A stretch of DNA of 64,000 nt, taken from positions 170,493 through 234,492 of the forward strand of contig JAGOSL010000001.1 of NCBI GenBank assembly GCA_018062345.1, given 5' to 3'. Below are positions 16,359-25,703 of this stretch, piece by piece; the stretch's first letter is position 1; each line of letters starts with the position of its first letter. Below the pieces are notes generated by a model. The model was not told the origin of the DNA and did no database searches. It saw nothing but the letters and a program-made list of their open reading frames with translations. Both the position numbers and the translations under genes were made by a program. The DNA comes from Pseudomonadota bacterium. GTDB taxonomy: Bacteria > Pseudomonadota > Alphaproteobacteria > Paracaedibacterales > CAITNM01.

Positions 16359-17302
16359 CTGACGCTAATTGTTTCAAAGTATTTTTTTAATAGTTGATAA
16401 TTAAGCGTATGACTTGGGTTGCAAGCCTCGTAATGACCAATTAATACATATTCTGCTAGGGCCATATCACCAATGGCATCTAGCAGTTTGTGACGCACAA
16501 GTTCATCACTATACCTTAGGCCTTCTTCATTCATGATAGCACCTTTGTGAATAACAACGGTGTTGTCTAGCGAGGCCCCTTTAGCAAGCCCGGCGGCCCA
16601 TAATTTTTGAGCATCTTCATAAAAACCAAAAGTTCGTGCTTTGGAAACAAGTGTTGCAAAATCATCTTTATAATATGAAAATTGTTGAAATTGTTCTTTT
16701 GTAAGGCCTTCATACCTATCGGTGGGGGTGAATTGCACACTGAACAAATTTGTATCATGAGGGCTTAACTGTGCCCAGCCATGTTCGTTTTCAACTCTTA
16801 TAGTTGTTGTGATTTTTAATGTGGGGCGTTGCTTGGATTGACTGATAATGCCTGATTCCTTAAGAGAGTTGCAGAATTCTTCAGAGCATCCATCCATAAT
16901 TGGGACTTCTGGCCCATCAATGGTAATTAGTGCATTGGTTATACCCATACCGTAAAGGGCTGCAAGTATGTGCTCAATTGTAGCAACAGACGTTCCATCA
17001 GCATTTGCAATGGTTGTGCACATATTGGTGGAAACTACAGTTTTCCAGCTAGCATGAATGCGATTTTGTTGCCCTTCGATGTCTGTGCGCTCAAAAATAA
17101 TTCCCTGATCAATTGCTGCTGGGTGCACAATCATGCATACAGCTTTTCCTGAATGAATGCCAACACCATGAAAAATCACTGGGCATGAAACAGTTTGTTG
17201 ATTCGAAAAATTTGAATATGGGACCTTATGCTTTTCCAGCTGACGGACTTTCACCTCATCTGGTAAAGCATTAGCTGTATTATTAGCAACAGAATACATC
17301 AC
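16355..17302 (-). CDS. lpxC: UDP-3-O-acyl-N-acetylglucosamine deacetylase
   Basis: FHGVGIHSG, ATIEHILAAL, FVRHKLLDAIGD-like (LVRHKLLDAIGDMAL) and NPSHTLN. Length is 315 aa. Confidence 0.92.
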   Translation of the reverse strand: MMYSVANNTANALPDEVKVRQLEKHKVPYSNFSNQQTVSCPVIFHGVGIHSGKAVCMIVHPAAIDQGIIFERTDIEGQQNRIHASWKTVVSTNMCTTIANADGTSVATIEHILAALYGMGITNALITIDGPEVPIMDGCSEEFCNSLKESGIISQSKQRPTLKITTTIRVENEHGWAQLSPHDTNLFSVQFTPTDRYEGLTKEQFQQFSYYKDDFATLVSKARTFGFYEDAQKLWAAGLAKGASLDNTVVIHKGAIMNEEGLRYSDELVRHKLLDAIGDMALAEYVLIGHYEACNPSHTLNYQLLKKYFETISVS

Positions 17303-17424
17303 TCCTCCACCTGTGTATGATGCCTTAAAGGGAGGGCAAATTTCAAATATAGATATGTTACTAAATTTTACCTTCTAAACGATTTATGGAGCATTATTTT
17401 CTAAAATTTGCTAGTTTTTGTGTG

Positions 17425-17838
17425 ATGACAGACATACATTTTACTTTAGATTCTATTGTTGATGCAGCAAAAGAAGTGGCCTCTTTGCTGCGACCTGGCT
17501 TGCCCTTGTTATTGTATGGCGAAATGGGTGCTGGAAAAACAACCTTGTCCAAGTATGCTATCAATGCTTTGGGGTGTGAAGAGGAAGTTACTAGTCCAAC
17601 TTTTACAATTATGCAGTCTTATGCAACACAAGCTGGGCCTTTATGGCATGTTGATTTGTACCGTTTAGAGGAACAGCCTCTTGATGAACTGGGGCTTGAT
17701 GAGTTGTGTAGAGGCACTATGATGATTATTGAGTGGCCGCAAAGATTAGGCAGTAGACTGTTTCCAAGATACATAAAAGGGGTATTATCAGTTCAACAAG
17801 ATGGAAGTCGAATGCTCAGTTTGGAGATCGTAGAATGA
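17425..17838 (+). CDS. tsaE: tRNA t6A37 biosynthesis ATPase TsaE; start ambiguous (17386 or 17425)
   Basis: Walker A YGEMGAGKTTL, SPTFTI and HVDLYRL. Confidence 0.85.
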   Translation: MTDIHFTLDSIVDAAKEVASLLRPGLPLLLYGEMGAGKTTLSKYAINALGCEEEVTSPTFTIMQSYATQAGPLWHVDLYRLEEQPLDELGLDELCRGTMMIIEWPQRLGSRLFPRYIKGVLSVQQDGSRMLSLEIVE

Positions 17839-18815
17839 GTGAGCGTTCTCCCAATTTTTTAGGCAAATACAATCATTTTAATAAACAGTATTTAACTGCT
17901 GATTTCTCACCACGTAAGTATTTTAGATGGCAGCATGAAAATACGTCGCGGGTGTTGATGGATTCTCCAAATTTGGAATCGCTAAGCGCTTTTATGGTTG
18001 TGGGTAACTACCTGAGAGAGCAAGGGTTGAGTGCGCCTGAAATTATAGAGGCAGACACTGAGAATGGTTTTTTGCTTTTAGAAGATTTTGGTGATGCTAC
18101 GTTCACAAAAGTTTTGCAAACAGATTTAACACGAGAACACCAAATTTATATTTCTGCTGTTGATGTGCTTGTGCATTTGCAAGAACGCACAGATACGGTG
18201 TTACCTTTTTTAAAAGAGTATACCGTTGATTTTGGCCTGAATAAGGTTAAGCAGTTCTTGATGCATTATTATCCAAGGGTAATGCAAGAAGAAATCTCAA
18301 ATTCAAATGAACAGAGTTACCTGACTGCTTGGGAAAGTGCGTTGAGATTAGCGCTGCAGACCAAAAAAAGCATTTTCATGCGTGATTATCACGTGGATAA
18401 TTTAATGGATTTAAAAGATCGCAGAGCCCCTAAAAATATTGGCTTACTTGACTTTCAGGATGCTGTTTGGGGACCTATAGCAGGAGATTTGGTTTCGTTG
18501 CTTGAAGATGCAAGGCGAGAAGTTTCGCCTGAGTTAACAAAGCAAATGTGGAGAAGATTTTTAGATGCTCACCCCAAAGGAGATCATCAAGAGATTTACG
18601 TGGCCGGAAATATTTTAAGTGCTGTGCGTCATGCGCGAATTCTGGGGTTATTTACAAAAGTTGCTAGCGAACGGAATGATAAAAGGTTTTTGAAACAAAT
18701 TCCACATTTATGGACACTACTGCAAAGATGCTGTGAACTTGAAGAATTGAAGCCGGTCAGGCAGTGGTTTGATGTGCATGTTCCTCAAGTAAAACGAGTG
18801 ATTCCACAATTATGA
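17835..18815 (+). CDS. amgK: aminoglycoside-phosphotransferase-fold kinase, AmgK-like (anomeric MurNAc/GlcNAc kinase)
   Basis: LLLEDFGD, catalytic DYHVDNLM and LLDFQDA. It has a 4-nt overlap with tsaE and with murU, which is the conserved alphaproteobacterial tsaE-amgK-murU order. Confidence 0.7.
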   Translation: MSERSPNFLGKYNHFNKQYLTADFSPRKYFRWQHENTSRVLMDSPNLESLSAFMVVGNYLREQGLSAPEIIEADTENGFLLLEDFGDATFTKVLQTDLTREHQIYISAVDVLVHLQERTDTVLPFLKEYTVDFGLNKVKQFLMHYYPRVMQEEISNSNEQSYLTAWESALRLALQTKKSIFMRDYHVDNLMDLKDRRAPKNIGLLDFQDAVWGPIAGDLVSLLEDARREVSPELTKQMWRRFLDAHPKGDHQEIYVAGNILSAVRHARILGLFTKVASERNDKRFLKQIPHLWTLLQRCCELEELKPVRQWFDVHVPQVKRVIPQL

Positions 18816-19525
18816 TAAATATTTCTTCAACTGCTATGATTTTAGCGGCAGGGTTTGGTAAGCGCCTTGGAGATATTACAAAGCACACACCAAAGCCATT
18901 AGTGTCGGTTGGCAATACTTGCTGTTTGGATATTTCTATAAATGCCTTAAAAAACGCAGGGTTTAAAAGAATTATTATTAATACTCATTATCTTGCCGAG
19001 CAAATTGCTGAGCATGTGAAACGCTATGATGATTTAGAAATACTTTTAAGTTATGAGCCCGTATTACTTGAAACTGCAGGTGGAATACGCAATGTTCTGC
19101 CTGAATTTGATGACAGGCCGTTCGTGACGATAAATGCAGATATGTACTGGCATGACACAAACCCTTCAGTTGTTCATCGCATGGCTCAAGAAATGCGAGA
19201 AACTGATGATTTTTGCTTGTGCGTAACGCCGCTTGATAATGCGAAAAGCTACTCGGGTTTAGGGGATTTTGTTCTTGAAAATGGCTTATTACGCAAACCC
19301 ACAGATGATGACTCAAATACAAGTAAGTATGTCTATATTGGAATACAGTTGGTTAATCCAAAAGTCATCAAGCCGCTAAGATTAGAGCCGTTGGCGTTGT
19401 CAGGCCTTTATAAGCAATCAGCACAAACAAAATCACTTCGTGGTATTACTTTTGAAGGCACTTGGATTGATGTGGGTAATGTGAATGGCTTGGCATTGGC
19501 GAGAAAGTTGCAGGCAGAACATTAA
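18812..19525 (+). CDS. murU: nucleotidyltransferase, MurU-like (MurNAc-1-P uridylyltransferase)
   Basis: MILAAGFGKRLGDITKHTPKPL is the sugar-nucleotidyltransferase signature. The gene is coupled to amgK. Confidence 0.7.
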   Translation: MINISSTAMILAAGFGKRLGDITKHTPKPLVSVGNTCCLDISINALKNAGFKRIIINTHYLAEQIAEHVKRYDDLEILLSYEPVLLETAGGIRNVLPEFDDRPFVTINADMYWHDTNPSVVHRMAQEMRETDDFCLCVTPLDNAKSYSGLGDFVLENGLLRKPTDDDSNTSKYVYIGIQLVNPKVIKPLRLEPLALSGLYKQSAQTKSLRGITFEGTWIDVGNVNGLALARKLQAEH

Positions 19526-19780
19526 CTCTATTTTTTATAGAAACTGTACAATTATACAGGTACTTTTTGACAGTTCAGTCTGTTTTAATATGATCTGAAA
19601 CTAATGATTTCAAAGCGATTGGAAGTTTTACTATTTTTGCATAAAGTACCAGGTGGACAGTACCGTTTTTTCATGCGACGAAGGACATGCTATCACAAAC
19701 GATGACAGATGGTCATAGTGTGACTTCATGTTATAGTTTTGTGGTTTTCTTTGGATGCTGTGATGGGAAGGATGGTTTCT

Positions 19781-20581
19781 ATGTCTGATTATCATGATTT
19801 TGTTATTTCTGCAGAGTTGAAGCTACTGGAAGAAGAATCTAAAGATTTAAAAATTCCTGCTCCTGCTCCTGATGGAAAAATTCCTACTTTGAATCAAACA
19901 GGGTATATGACACCAGAGAGTGATAAACTTTCTGATGATTTTATTGATTGCGCGGCTGAATGGGGTAAAGAAGGAATCCCCTCAATAGATATTGGTGCAG
20001 CTTATGGTGTTATTTCGTTAAAGGCACTTGAAAGAGGGGCTATTTTAATTGCCAACGATGTTGAAAAAAGACATTTACTTATTTTGCGAAAAAACGTGCC
20101 GAAAAAAAATTTAAGCCGGCTTCTTTTGAATATTTATTCATTCCCAGAAGAAACAGTTTTTCCTGCTAATTCAATAGGGGCAATTTTGTTGAGAAGAGTT
20201 ATTCACTTTCTGAGGCCTGCACAGTTAGAAGTAGCAATAGATAAAGTTACTCAGTGGCTAAAGCCTGGAGGAAGTGTTTTTATTATCACAATGAGCCCTT
20301 ACCATTACTCTTTGAAAGATTTTGATAAAATTTATGAAGAGCGTTGGGATCAAAAGAATCTCTGGCCAGGGGAAATATTCACCATGCGTGATTATGCGCC
20401 ACATTGTGCAAAAGATATTTCGAACTATTTACACGTGATGGACACGCGTCCTTTGATCCAAGCGCTAGAGAAAAGAGGATTAATCATAAAGCAAGCCTTC
20501 CTTTTTGGGTATAAACGTGCAAAATCACGAGGTGACGATATTAATGGCTACTGCGCGATAGAAGCTCAAAAGTCTTATTAA
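19781..20581 (+). CDS. class I SAM-dependent methyltransferase (paralog of 6150-7058)
   Basis: SIDIGAAYGVISL, RVIHFLRPAQL and LKPGGSVFII. RBS GGAAGGA at 19766-19772, followed by ATG at 19781. Confidence 0.7.
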   Translation: MSDYHDFVISAELKLLEEESKDLKIPAPAPDGKIPTLNQTGYMTPESDKLSDDFIDCAAEWGKEGIPSIDIGAAYGVISLKALERGAILIANDVEKRHLLILRKNVPKKNLSRLLLNIYSFPEETVFPANSIGAILLRRVIHFLRPAQLEVAIDKVTQWLKPGGSVFIITMSPYHYSLKDFDKIYEERWDQKNLWPGEIFTMRDYAPHCAKDISNYLHVMDTRPLIQALEKRGLIIKQAFLFGYKRAKSRGDDINGYCAIEAQKSY

Positions 20582-20591
20582 TGGAGCGAAT

Positions 20592-21845
20592 ATGATAAAA
20601 TTACCCAAGAAAATTCTGGCTTCTTCAATACTTGGTGGCATGGTGGAATTTTATGATTTTACAATTTATGGATTTTTTGCACCGATTATTGGCCCCTTAT
20701 TTTTTCCATCTCATGATGCGCTTGTGTCTACCCTTTTAGGGTATGCTGTCTTTGCTGTGGGTTTTATTTTGCGGCCTTTGGGGGCAATGTTTTTTGGTAA
20801 TTTGGGCGATAAGATTGGTCGAAAAAAAGGGTTATGTTTGTCATTGTTTTTGATGGCTTTTGCAACCGGCATGATGGGAATTCTTCCCACTTATGCTGAG
20901 TGGGGTATATATGCTTCATTTTTAATGATTTTTGCACGCATACTTCAAGGGCTATCAGCAGGTGGGGAGTATTCTGGAGGAATTATTTTTGCCGTAGAGC
21001 ACTCTCCTTCTAACGCAAAAGGTCGCGCTGGAAGCATTGTTGTTGCAGGGTGTATGAGTGGGGTGTTTTTGGGGGCTTTAGCTTCATACCTTTGCAGTTT
21101 GCCTTTTTTGAGTAGTTGTGCTTGGGGGTGGAGAATTCCTTTTCTTTTAGGATTTTTTATCTCGATTATAGGATTATATATTCGCACTAATACGTCAGAA
21201 TCAGTGGAATTTAAAAGAAGCAAAATAATAGAAAATCCGCTTTCATATGGGATTAAAAATTATCCCTATCAATGCATAGCAGCTGTTGGAATTGCAGCGT
21301 TTAGTGGTGTGTTTTATCCTATTCTTTCTATGTTTATGCCAACATACTTAACCAAGGTTTTGGGGATGCCGCTGAGCCAAGCGAAATTGTTTTCTCTTGT
21401 TATGACAGTAACAATGGTAAGCTTAATTCCTGTATTTGGGTCTATTTCTGATAAACTTGGCAGGCTTTTAATGATGAGATTAAGTGCAATTTTGGTAAGC
21501 GTGCTTATATTTCCTTATCTATGGAGTCTTGAGTATTCTTCTTTTATGGGCATTCTTGCATCAGGTATGTGTGTTACTTGTGTTGTGGCTATGTTTATGG
21601 GCTGTATGAATACTTATCTCTTGGAAATTTTTCCTGTTAATGTGCGCTATAGCTGTTTTGGGTTTTTCTACAGCATTGGAATGGGGATTTTTGGAGGTAC
21701 TGCTCCAATGATAGGCACTTATTTTTTAACGTTACCTTCTAGTTTTATTATCCTCGGTATTTATTTGATTTTTGGTTGCATGTTGGGGTTATTGGGTGTT
21801 GCAGCCTCAAGGCGACATGTCGGTGTGAATACTAGTCTCGCTTGA
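20592..21845 (+). CDS. MFS transporter, metabolite:H+ symporter (ProP-like) family
   Basis: 417 aa with 12 TM. GGMVEFYDFTIYGFFAP and GNLGDKIGRKKG motifs. Confidence 0.85.
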   Translation: MIKLPKKILASSILGGMVEFYDFTIYGFFAPIIGPLFFPSHDALVSTLLGYAVFAVGFILRPLGAMFFGNLGDKIGRKKGLCLSLFLMAFATGMMGILPTYAEWGIYASFLMIFARILQGLSAGGEYSGGIIFAVEHSPSNAKGRAGSIVVAGCMSGVFLGALASYLCSLPFLSSCAWGWRIPFLLGFFISIIGLYIRTNTSESVEFKRSKIIENPLSYGIKNYPYQCIAAVGIAAFSGVFYPILSMFMPTYLTKVLGMPLSQAKLFSLVMTVTMVSLIPVFGSISDKLGRLLMMRLSAILVSVLIFPYLWSLEYSSFMGILASGMCVTCVVAMFMGCMNTYLLEIFPVNVRYSCFGFFYSIGMGIFGGTAPMIGTYFLTLPSSFIILGIYLIFGCMLGLLGVAASRRHVGVNTSLA

Positions 21846-22606
21846 GAAGCAGATTTAAGTAAATCTGTTTTTTTATCGACTCCTAATTTGCGCTTAATGT
21901 TTTCGATATACCATTCAATCGTTCGGGGAGAACGATTAATGCATCGTGCTATTTCTTTACTTGTATATCCTGCGCTTATAAAATCTAAACATTCTCGTTC
22001 GCGTGTTGTTAATAAAGTTTCTGGAGTCTTTATTTTTTTTATGGGTTCCTCTGGTTGATTTTTTGCAGAGAAAATGTTTGGATTAACAGTAGATTGAGAA
22101 AATTGAAGGAATTCACTTCTTTTGGCAATGCTTAACAGTTTTTCTTTAAAATCAGTGTAATACTGTTCGAGTAAGTGGGATTGGTTAAGGTAATAATTTA
22201 CCCAATCGGCTCCCCCTTCTGCGTTAGAAAAATAAAATCCTTCAATAAAATCATTACATTTGATGTAGCAACAAATGGTATTCCATATTCCTAATTGATA
22301 TAAATGTCGAGACAATTCATCTTTGACTGCTGGTAAGCCCATGCGAACTATATGGTATTTTCCTGAATGATAAGTATTAGTGACTTCTGTTTCGTAGCGA
22401 CCTAACATTATTTCTGATAAATGATTAATGAAAAAGTGGTTCCATTGCTTATTATCTGACCAACCAAAGCTTTTGCCCGATCGATCAAAGCAGCGATAAC
22501 CAAATACACTGGTTTGTAAAAAGGTTGGTAAAAGAGGTTTTAGATTCGTGGTTAAAGTGTCCGTAAAAGCCAAATGATTTGAAGGTATCATCACTTTATT
22601 GCCCAT
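21761..22606 (-). CDS. LuxR-family transcriptional regulator with an uncharacterised N-terminal domain
   Basis: C-terminal HTH LTTRERECLDFISAGYTSKEIARCINRSPRTIEWYIENIKRKLGV. The roughly 190-aa N-terminal domain was not recognised. Its 3' end overlaps the convergent MFS gene by 85 nt. Confidence 0.8.
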   Translation of the reverse strand: MGNKVMIPSNHLAFTDTLTTNLKPLLPTFLQTSVFGYRCFDRSGKSFGWSDNKQWNHFFINHLSEIMLGRYETEVTNTYHSGKYHIVRMGLPAVKDELSRHLYQLGIWNTICCYIKCNDFIEGFYFSNAEGGADWVNYYLNQSHLLEQYYTDFKEKLLSIAKRSEFLQFSQSTVNPNIFSAKNQPEEPIKKIKTPETLLTTRERECLDFISAGYTSKEIARCINRSPRTIEWYIENIKRKLGVDKKTDLLKSASQARLVFTPTCRLEAATPNNPNMQPKIK

Positions 22607-22695
22607 TTTTTATTAGGTTTATACACCATACAAAGAAATGAAAAAATTATATACCCAGAAAAAACTACATAATGTTATAGGTTTCTCTAGAGTTT

Positions 22696-22710
22696 TAGAA
22701 AAATTTTCTA
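22696..22710. promoter_or_regulatory. 15-bp perfect palindrome in the divergent luxR-family / ORF22844 promoter region (candidate operator)
   Basis: TAGAAAA-A-TTTTCTA. An adjacent 8-bp palindrome CTCTAGAG lies at 22685-22692. Confidence 0.3.
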
Positions 22711-22843
22711 GGTCTACATTTTTTATGTTCTCCCAACTACATCCCCGTATTTTTTTCGTAATAACTACGAAAGACATTGGTTCCTAATTTTGACTAAATC
22801 TATACTCAGCTAAAGCGCTAATTCAATTAATAAAAGGTGAGAA

Positions 22844-23188
22844 ATGAAGGTAGAAATACTTACTGAAGATGAATGCGCAGCCTTACCTGCTCGAGAAAAA
22901 GCTCGTTTACAAATTTGGCCAAGAATTGGAATTCGTTTAGAGAAAGTAATGGCAGTGACAGGGCATATGGAGGATCTTGCCCGATTATTGCGTGAAGATG
23001 AAGGGTATGCTGGTATGTATACAATTGAGGAGCAGATTCAGCGTGCCTCAGATCGACTTCGTGCATCTATTCGAATTTTTGAGAAAGCTCACCAGGTAAA
23101 AGTAGAGATTTTTACGCCTTATAGTCCTTTCGAAGATTATACGGAACAATTTATTGGCTCAATTAAAAAACCAGAGGAAGTGTCTTAA
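22844..23188 (+). CDS. hypothetical protein (114 aa)
   Basis: Clean ORF with RBS-like AAGGTGAG upstream. No family recognised. Confidence 0.45.
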   Translation: MKVEILTEDECAALPAREKARLQIWPRIGIRLEKVMAVTGHMEDLARLLREDEGYAGMYTIEEQIQRASDRLRASIRIFEKAHQVKVEIFTPYSPFEDYTEQFIGSIKKPEEVS

Positions 23189-23322
23189 TACGTGCAATAT
23201 AATCAGATTCAGGTTTTACTTGGTTAGAATTTTGTTTGTCTTATAGTAATTACGTTTTGATTAACTAATTATTAATGTCACTCATGATATCTTGAAAGTA
23301 CTATAAAAGTATTTCGTTTTTC

Positions 23323-23709
23323 ATGAGCAGTATATTTGTAGTTTTATTATTGATGATTAGCACGCTATATGCAGGTATGGAAGAACGAGAGGGTCGTTCT
23401 TCTAAACGCGCTTTTGTTGCTATGAAGCGCATGTATTGGGCTGATCAACAAGAAGAAGCTGCTGATAAAAGGCGAAAAAAATATCGACTTGGTAATACAG
23501 CAAACAAGGATTCAAGTCCTGTCGCTAAGCGTCAGCTAATTCCTGTTAAAATGTCAGTTCTAGAAGATAAGATCCGTCTAAGCTATGAACCTGCAGCCTA
23601 TAAAGCAGAGAAAAATTTGCATTTCGTCGGGCATCAAGATAAATCTCAACTAATTTCGCAAGCGCGTGAGCCTGATTTTCTTTCTCATAAAGAACAAAAA
23701 TCAGGATAA
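23323..23709 (+). CDS. hypothetical secreted, basic protein (128 aa)
   Basis: N-terminal hydrophobic signal MSSIFVVLLLMISTLYAG followed by a Lys/Arg-rich body. No family recognised. Confidence 0.4.
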   Translation: MSSIFVVLLLMISTLYAGMEEREGRSSKRAFVAMKRMYWADQQEEAADKRRKKYRLGNTANKDSSPVAKRQLIPVKMSVLEDKIRLSYEPAAYKAEKNLHFVGHQDKSQLISQAREPDFLSHKEQKSG

Positions 23710-23849
23710 GATTCTGGGCTAATATTGCTATTGTGGACTCGTCTAATAGATCACTCATCTTATTTTTTAAATTAACTGCTTAGCTTAGCTATTAACGAAA
23801 AATTTATTAGATTTTGTGATAATAAAAAGAAAAATTAAGGCAATTTTCT

Positions 23850-25703
23850 TTGAGCTCAGCGAGTGCATTTAATAAACTTGATTTTTTAAAGCCGCTACAG
23901 CGTGCACGTTTGGCAACTGTTGCAACAGAGGAGGTAGTAGGATCAGGCAAAGTTATCTTTAAAGAAGGTTCTGCATCGAAATTCTTTTATGTGTTGCTTG
24001 AAGGAAAGGTTGAAATTCAGAACAAAGTTAGAAAAGAAGTTATTTCAAAGGGGAATTTTTTTGGTACTGAAGTGCCTTGTGGTATTGAACAGTACCTTTT
24101 TACCGCTGTTACAAAAAGCAAATGTACGCTTTTAAAAATAAAAAAGGAAGTTTTGTACGATACGATTGATCAACTTGATTTACAAAAATTTCAGAAACGA
24201 TTTTTACAAAATTTTGTTGGCACATTTTATTCGCAAAAATTTTTAGTATTTAAAAAAGACTCAGCAGAGCAGTTGTTTGCTCAAGCAGATCGATTTTGGA
24301 TTGATGGTTTGGGCTGGATATTAGCCGCTGTCGTTCCATTCATTATGCATTGGCTTCTCAATAAAACGACAATGAATCATCAAAGTCAGATTTTCTTGTC
24401 GATTCTTTCGGCATGGTCAGTCATTGCAACTTTTCGTTTGCTTTCAGATTATGTGGCCACAATGATGACAATTTTTCTTTTAATTGGCGGAGGTGTTGTT
24501 AAAACAAAGGTTATTTTGGCGGGGTTTAGCTCAAGCAATTTCATTGTGGCTTTAAGTCTTTTGGGTCTTTCAAGTGTGTTGGTTTCCTCGGGTGTTGCTT
24601 ATCGAGTATTGATAAAAATTTTAAAATTTTGTAGGCCAACTTATTGGGGTGACAATTTAATTTTATTAAGCATCGGTGGGTGGCTAACTTTAGGAGTTCC
24701 CTCATTTTTGATGCGCATGGATATGATGAAAATTTTCTACCAAGATGCTTTGCGAGTTCGTAATTTATCAGAAAATTCTAAGCAAGCGCAGGCAATGGGT
24801 TTTAGTGCGTACTGCGGGGCTGGAATTTTTTCTCAAAGTATTTTAAGCGCGTCAATGATGCATTTTGTATTGCTAGGATTTTTTTGGGGGCAATACTCTA
24901 GTCAGTTTGATTGGTGGGAATGGCTTTTTGCTTCTTTAGGTTCTCTTACTGTGCTTCTGGTGGGATATTTTCTCGTGGTTTACTTTTCTTTTGGCAAAAG
25001 AGATAAGTATCAATCGCCGCTTAATGCTGATAAAAATCACTTAGAAGATATACTAGAGATTTTGGGGCCAACTTCTTCTACTGAAAAGGCTTCTTTAATT
25101 TGTATGTTTGGGGCAATTTTAAGCCTTGCAACTGTTAGCTTGCATGACATAGCACCTGATGTCATTTGTTTGTTGATTTTGCTTTTTCTTTTTACTTTTC
25201 AGTTTATGAATGATAAGGGATTTCAAACACGCATCAAATGGGATTTCCTTATTTTTATGTGCGGTTTGTCAGGTATTGCTTTTGCTGCCAGTGACGTCGG
25301 GCTTATAGGCTGGCTTGAAGACAATACAAAATGGATGGGCGAGTATTTTAACCACCATTTTTTTGAACTAACAACGTTTATGATTGTTTTTACACTTTTA
25401 ATGCAGTTAATCCTTCCAAGAGATGTGAACATTAATATCTTAAGCATTATGTTTATTCCACTATTTCAAAAAAATGGTGTTAATCCATGGATTGCGGTTT
25501 TTGTTATTAACACCATTGGTAGAGTTTGGTTCTTCGAATATCAAGAGCCTGAATATGCAATTTTCACAAAGAATACCAAGAATTTTTCGCTTGATATGTC
25601 AGGCGTGATTAAGAAAACACGAATAAGATTGAATATATTCTATATTATTTCAATTTATGTTGGGATTTATTACTGGAAGTGGATTGGGATTTTGTCATGG
25701 TAA
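23850..25703 (+). CDS. fusion of an N-terminal cyclic-nucleotide-binding-like (CAP-fold) domain to a DASS/SLC13-like (ion-transporter superfamily) permease
   Basis: The N-terminal 125 aa carry GKVIFKEGSASKFFYVLLEGKVEI...GNFFGTE. At least 10 hydrophobic helices follow, including GFSSSNFIVALSLLGLSSVLVSSGVAYRVLIKIL. TTG start. Confidence 0.6.
   Translation: MSSASAFNKLDFLKPLQRARLATVATEEVVGSGKVIFKEGSASKFFYVLLEGKVEIQNKVRKEVISKGNFFGTEVPCGIEQYLFTAVTKSKCTLLKIKKEVLYDTIDQLDLQKFQKRFLQNFVGTFYSQKFLVFKKDSAEQLFAQADRFWIDGLGWILAAVVPFIMHWLLNKTTMNHQSQIFLSILSAWSVIATFRLLSDYVATMMTIFLLIGGGVVKTKVILAGFSSSNFIVALSLLGLSSVLVSSGVAYRVLIKILKFCRPTYWGDNLILLSIGGWLTLGVPSFLMRMDMMKIFYQDALRVRNLSENSKQAQAMGFSAYCGAGIFSQSILSASMMHFVLLGFFWGQYSSQFDWWEWLFASLGSLTVLLVGYFLVVYFSFGKRDKYQSPLNADKNHLEDILEILGPTSSTEKASLICMFGAILSLATVSLHDIAPDVICLLILLFLFTFQFMNDKGFQTRIKWDFLIFMCGLSGIAFAASDVGLIGWLEDNTKWMGEYFNHHFFELTTFMIVFTLLMQLILPRDVNINILSIMFIPLFQKNGVNPWIAVFVINTIGRVWFFEYQEPEYAIFTKNTKNFSLDMSGVIKKTRIRLNIFYIISIYVGIYYWKWIGILSW

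Noticed and set aside
19648-19661. Shared 14-mer AGGTGGACAGTACC / AGGTGGACGGTGCC (also at 42264) upstream of two plus-strand genes
   Set aside because: A 12/14 match between two sites in a 64-kb window is expected many times by chance, and the flanks do not align.
19628-19729. 33-aa minus-strand ORF in the relatively GC-rich part of the murU/methyltransferase intergenic region
   Set aside because: It has no RBS and no recognisable features, and it is too short to support without conservation data.
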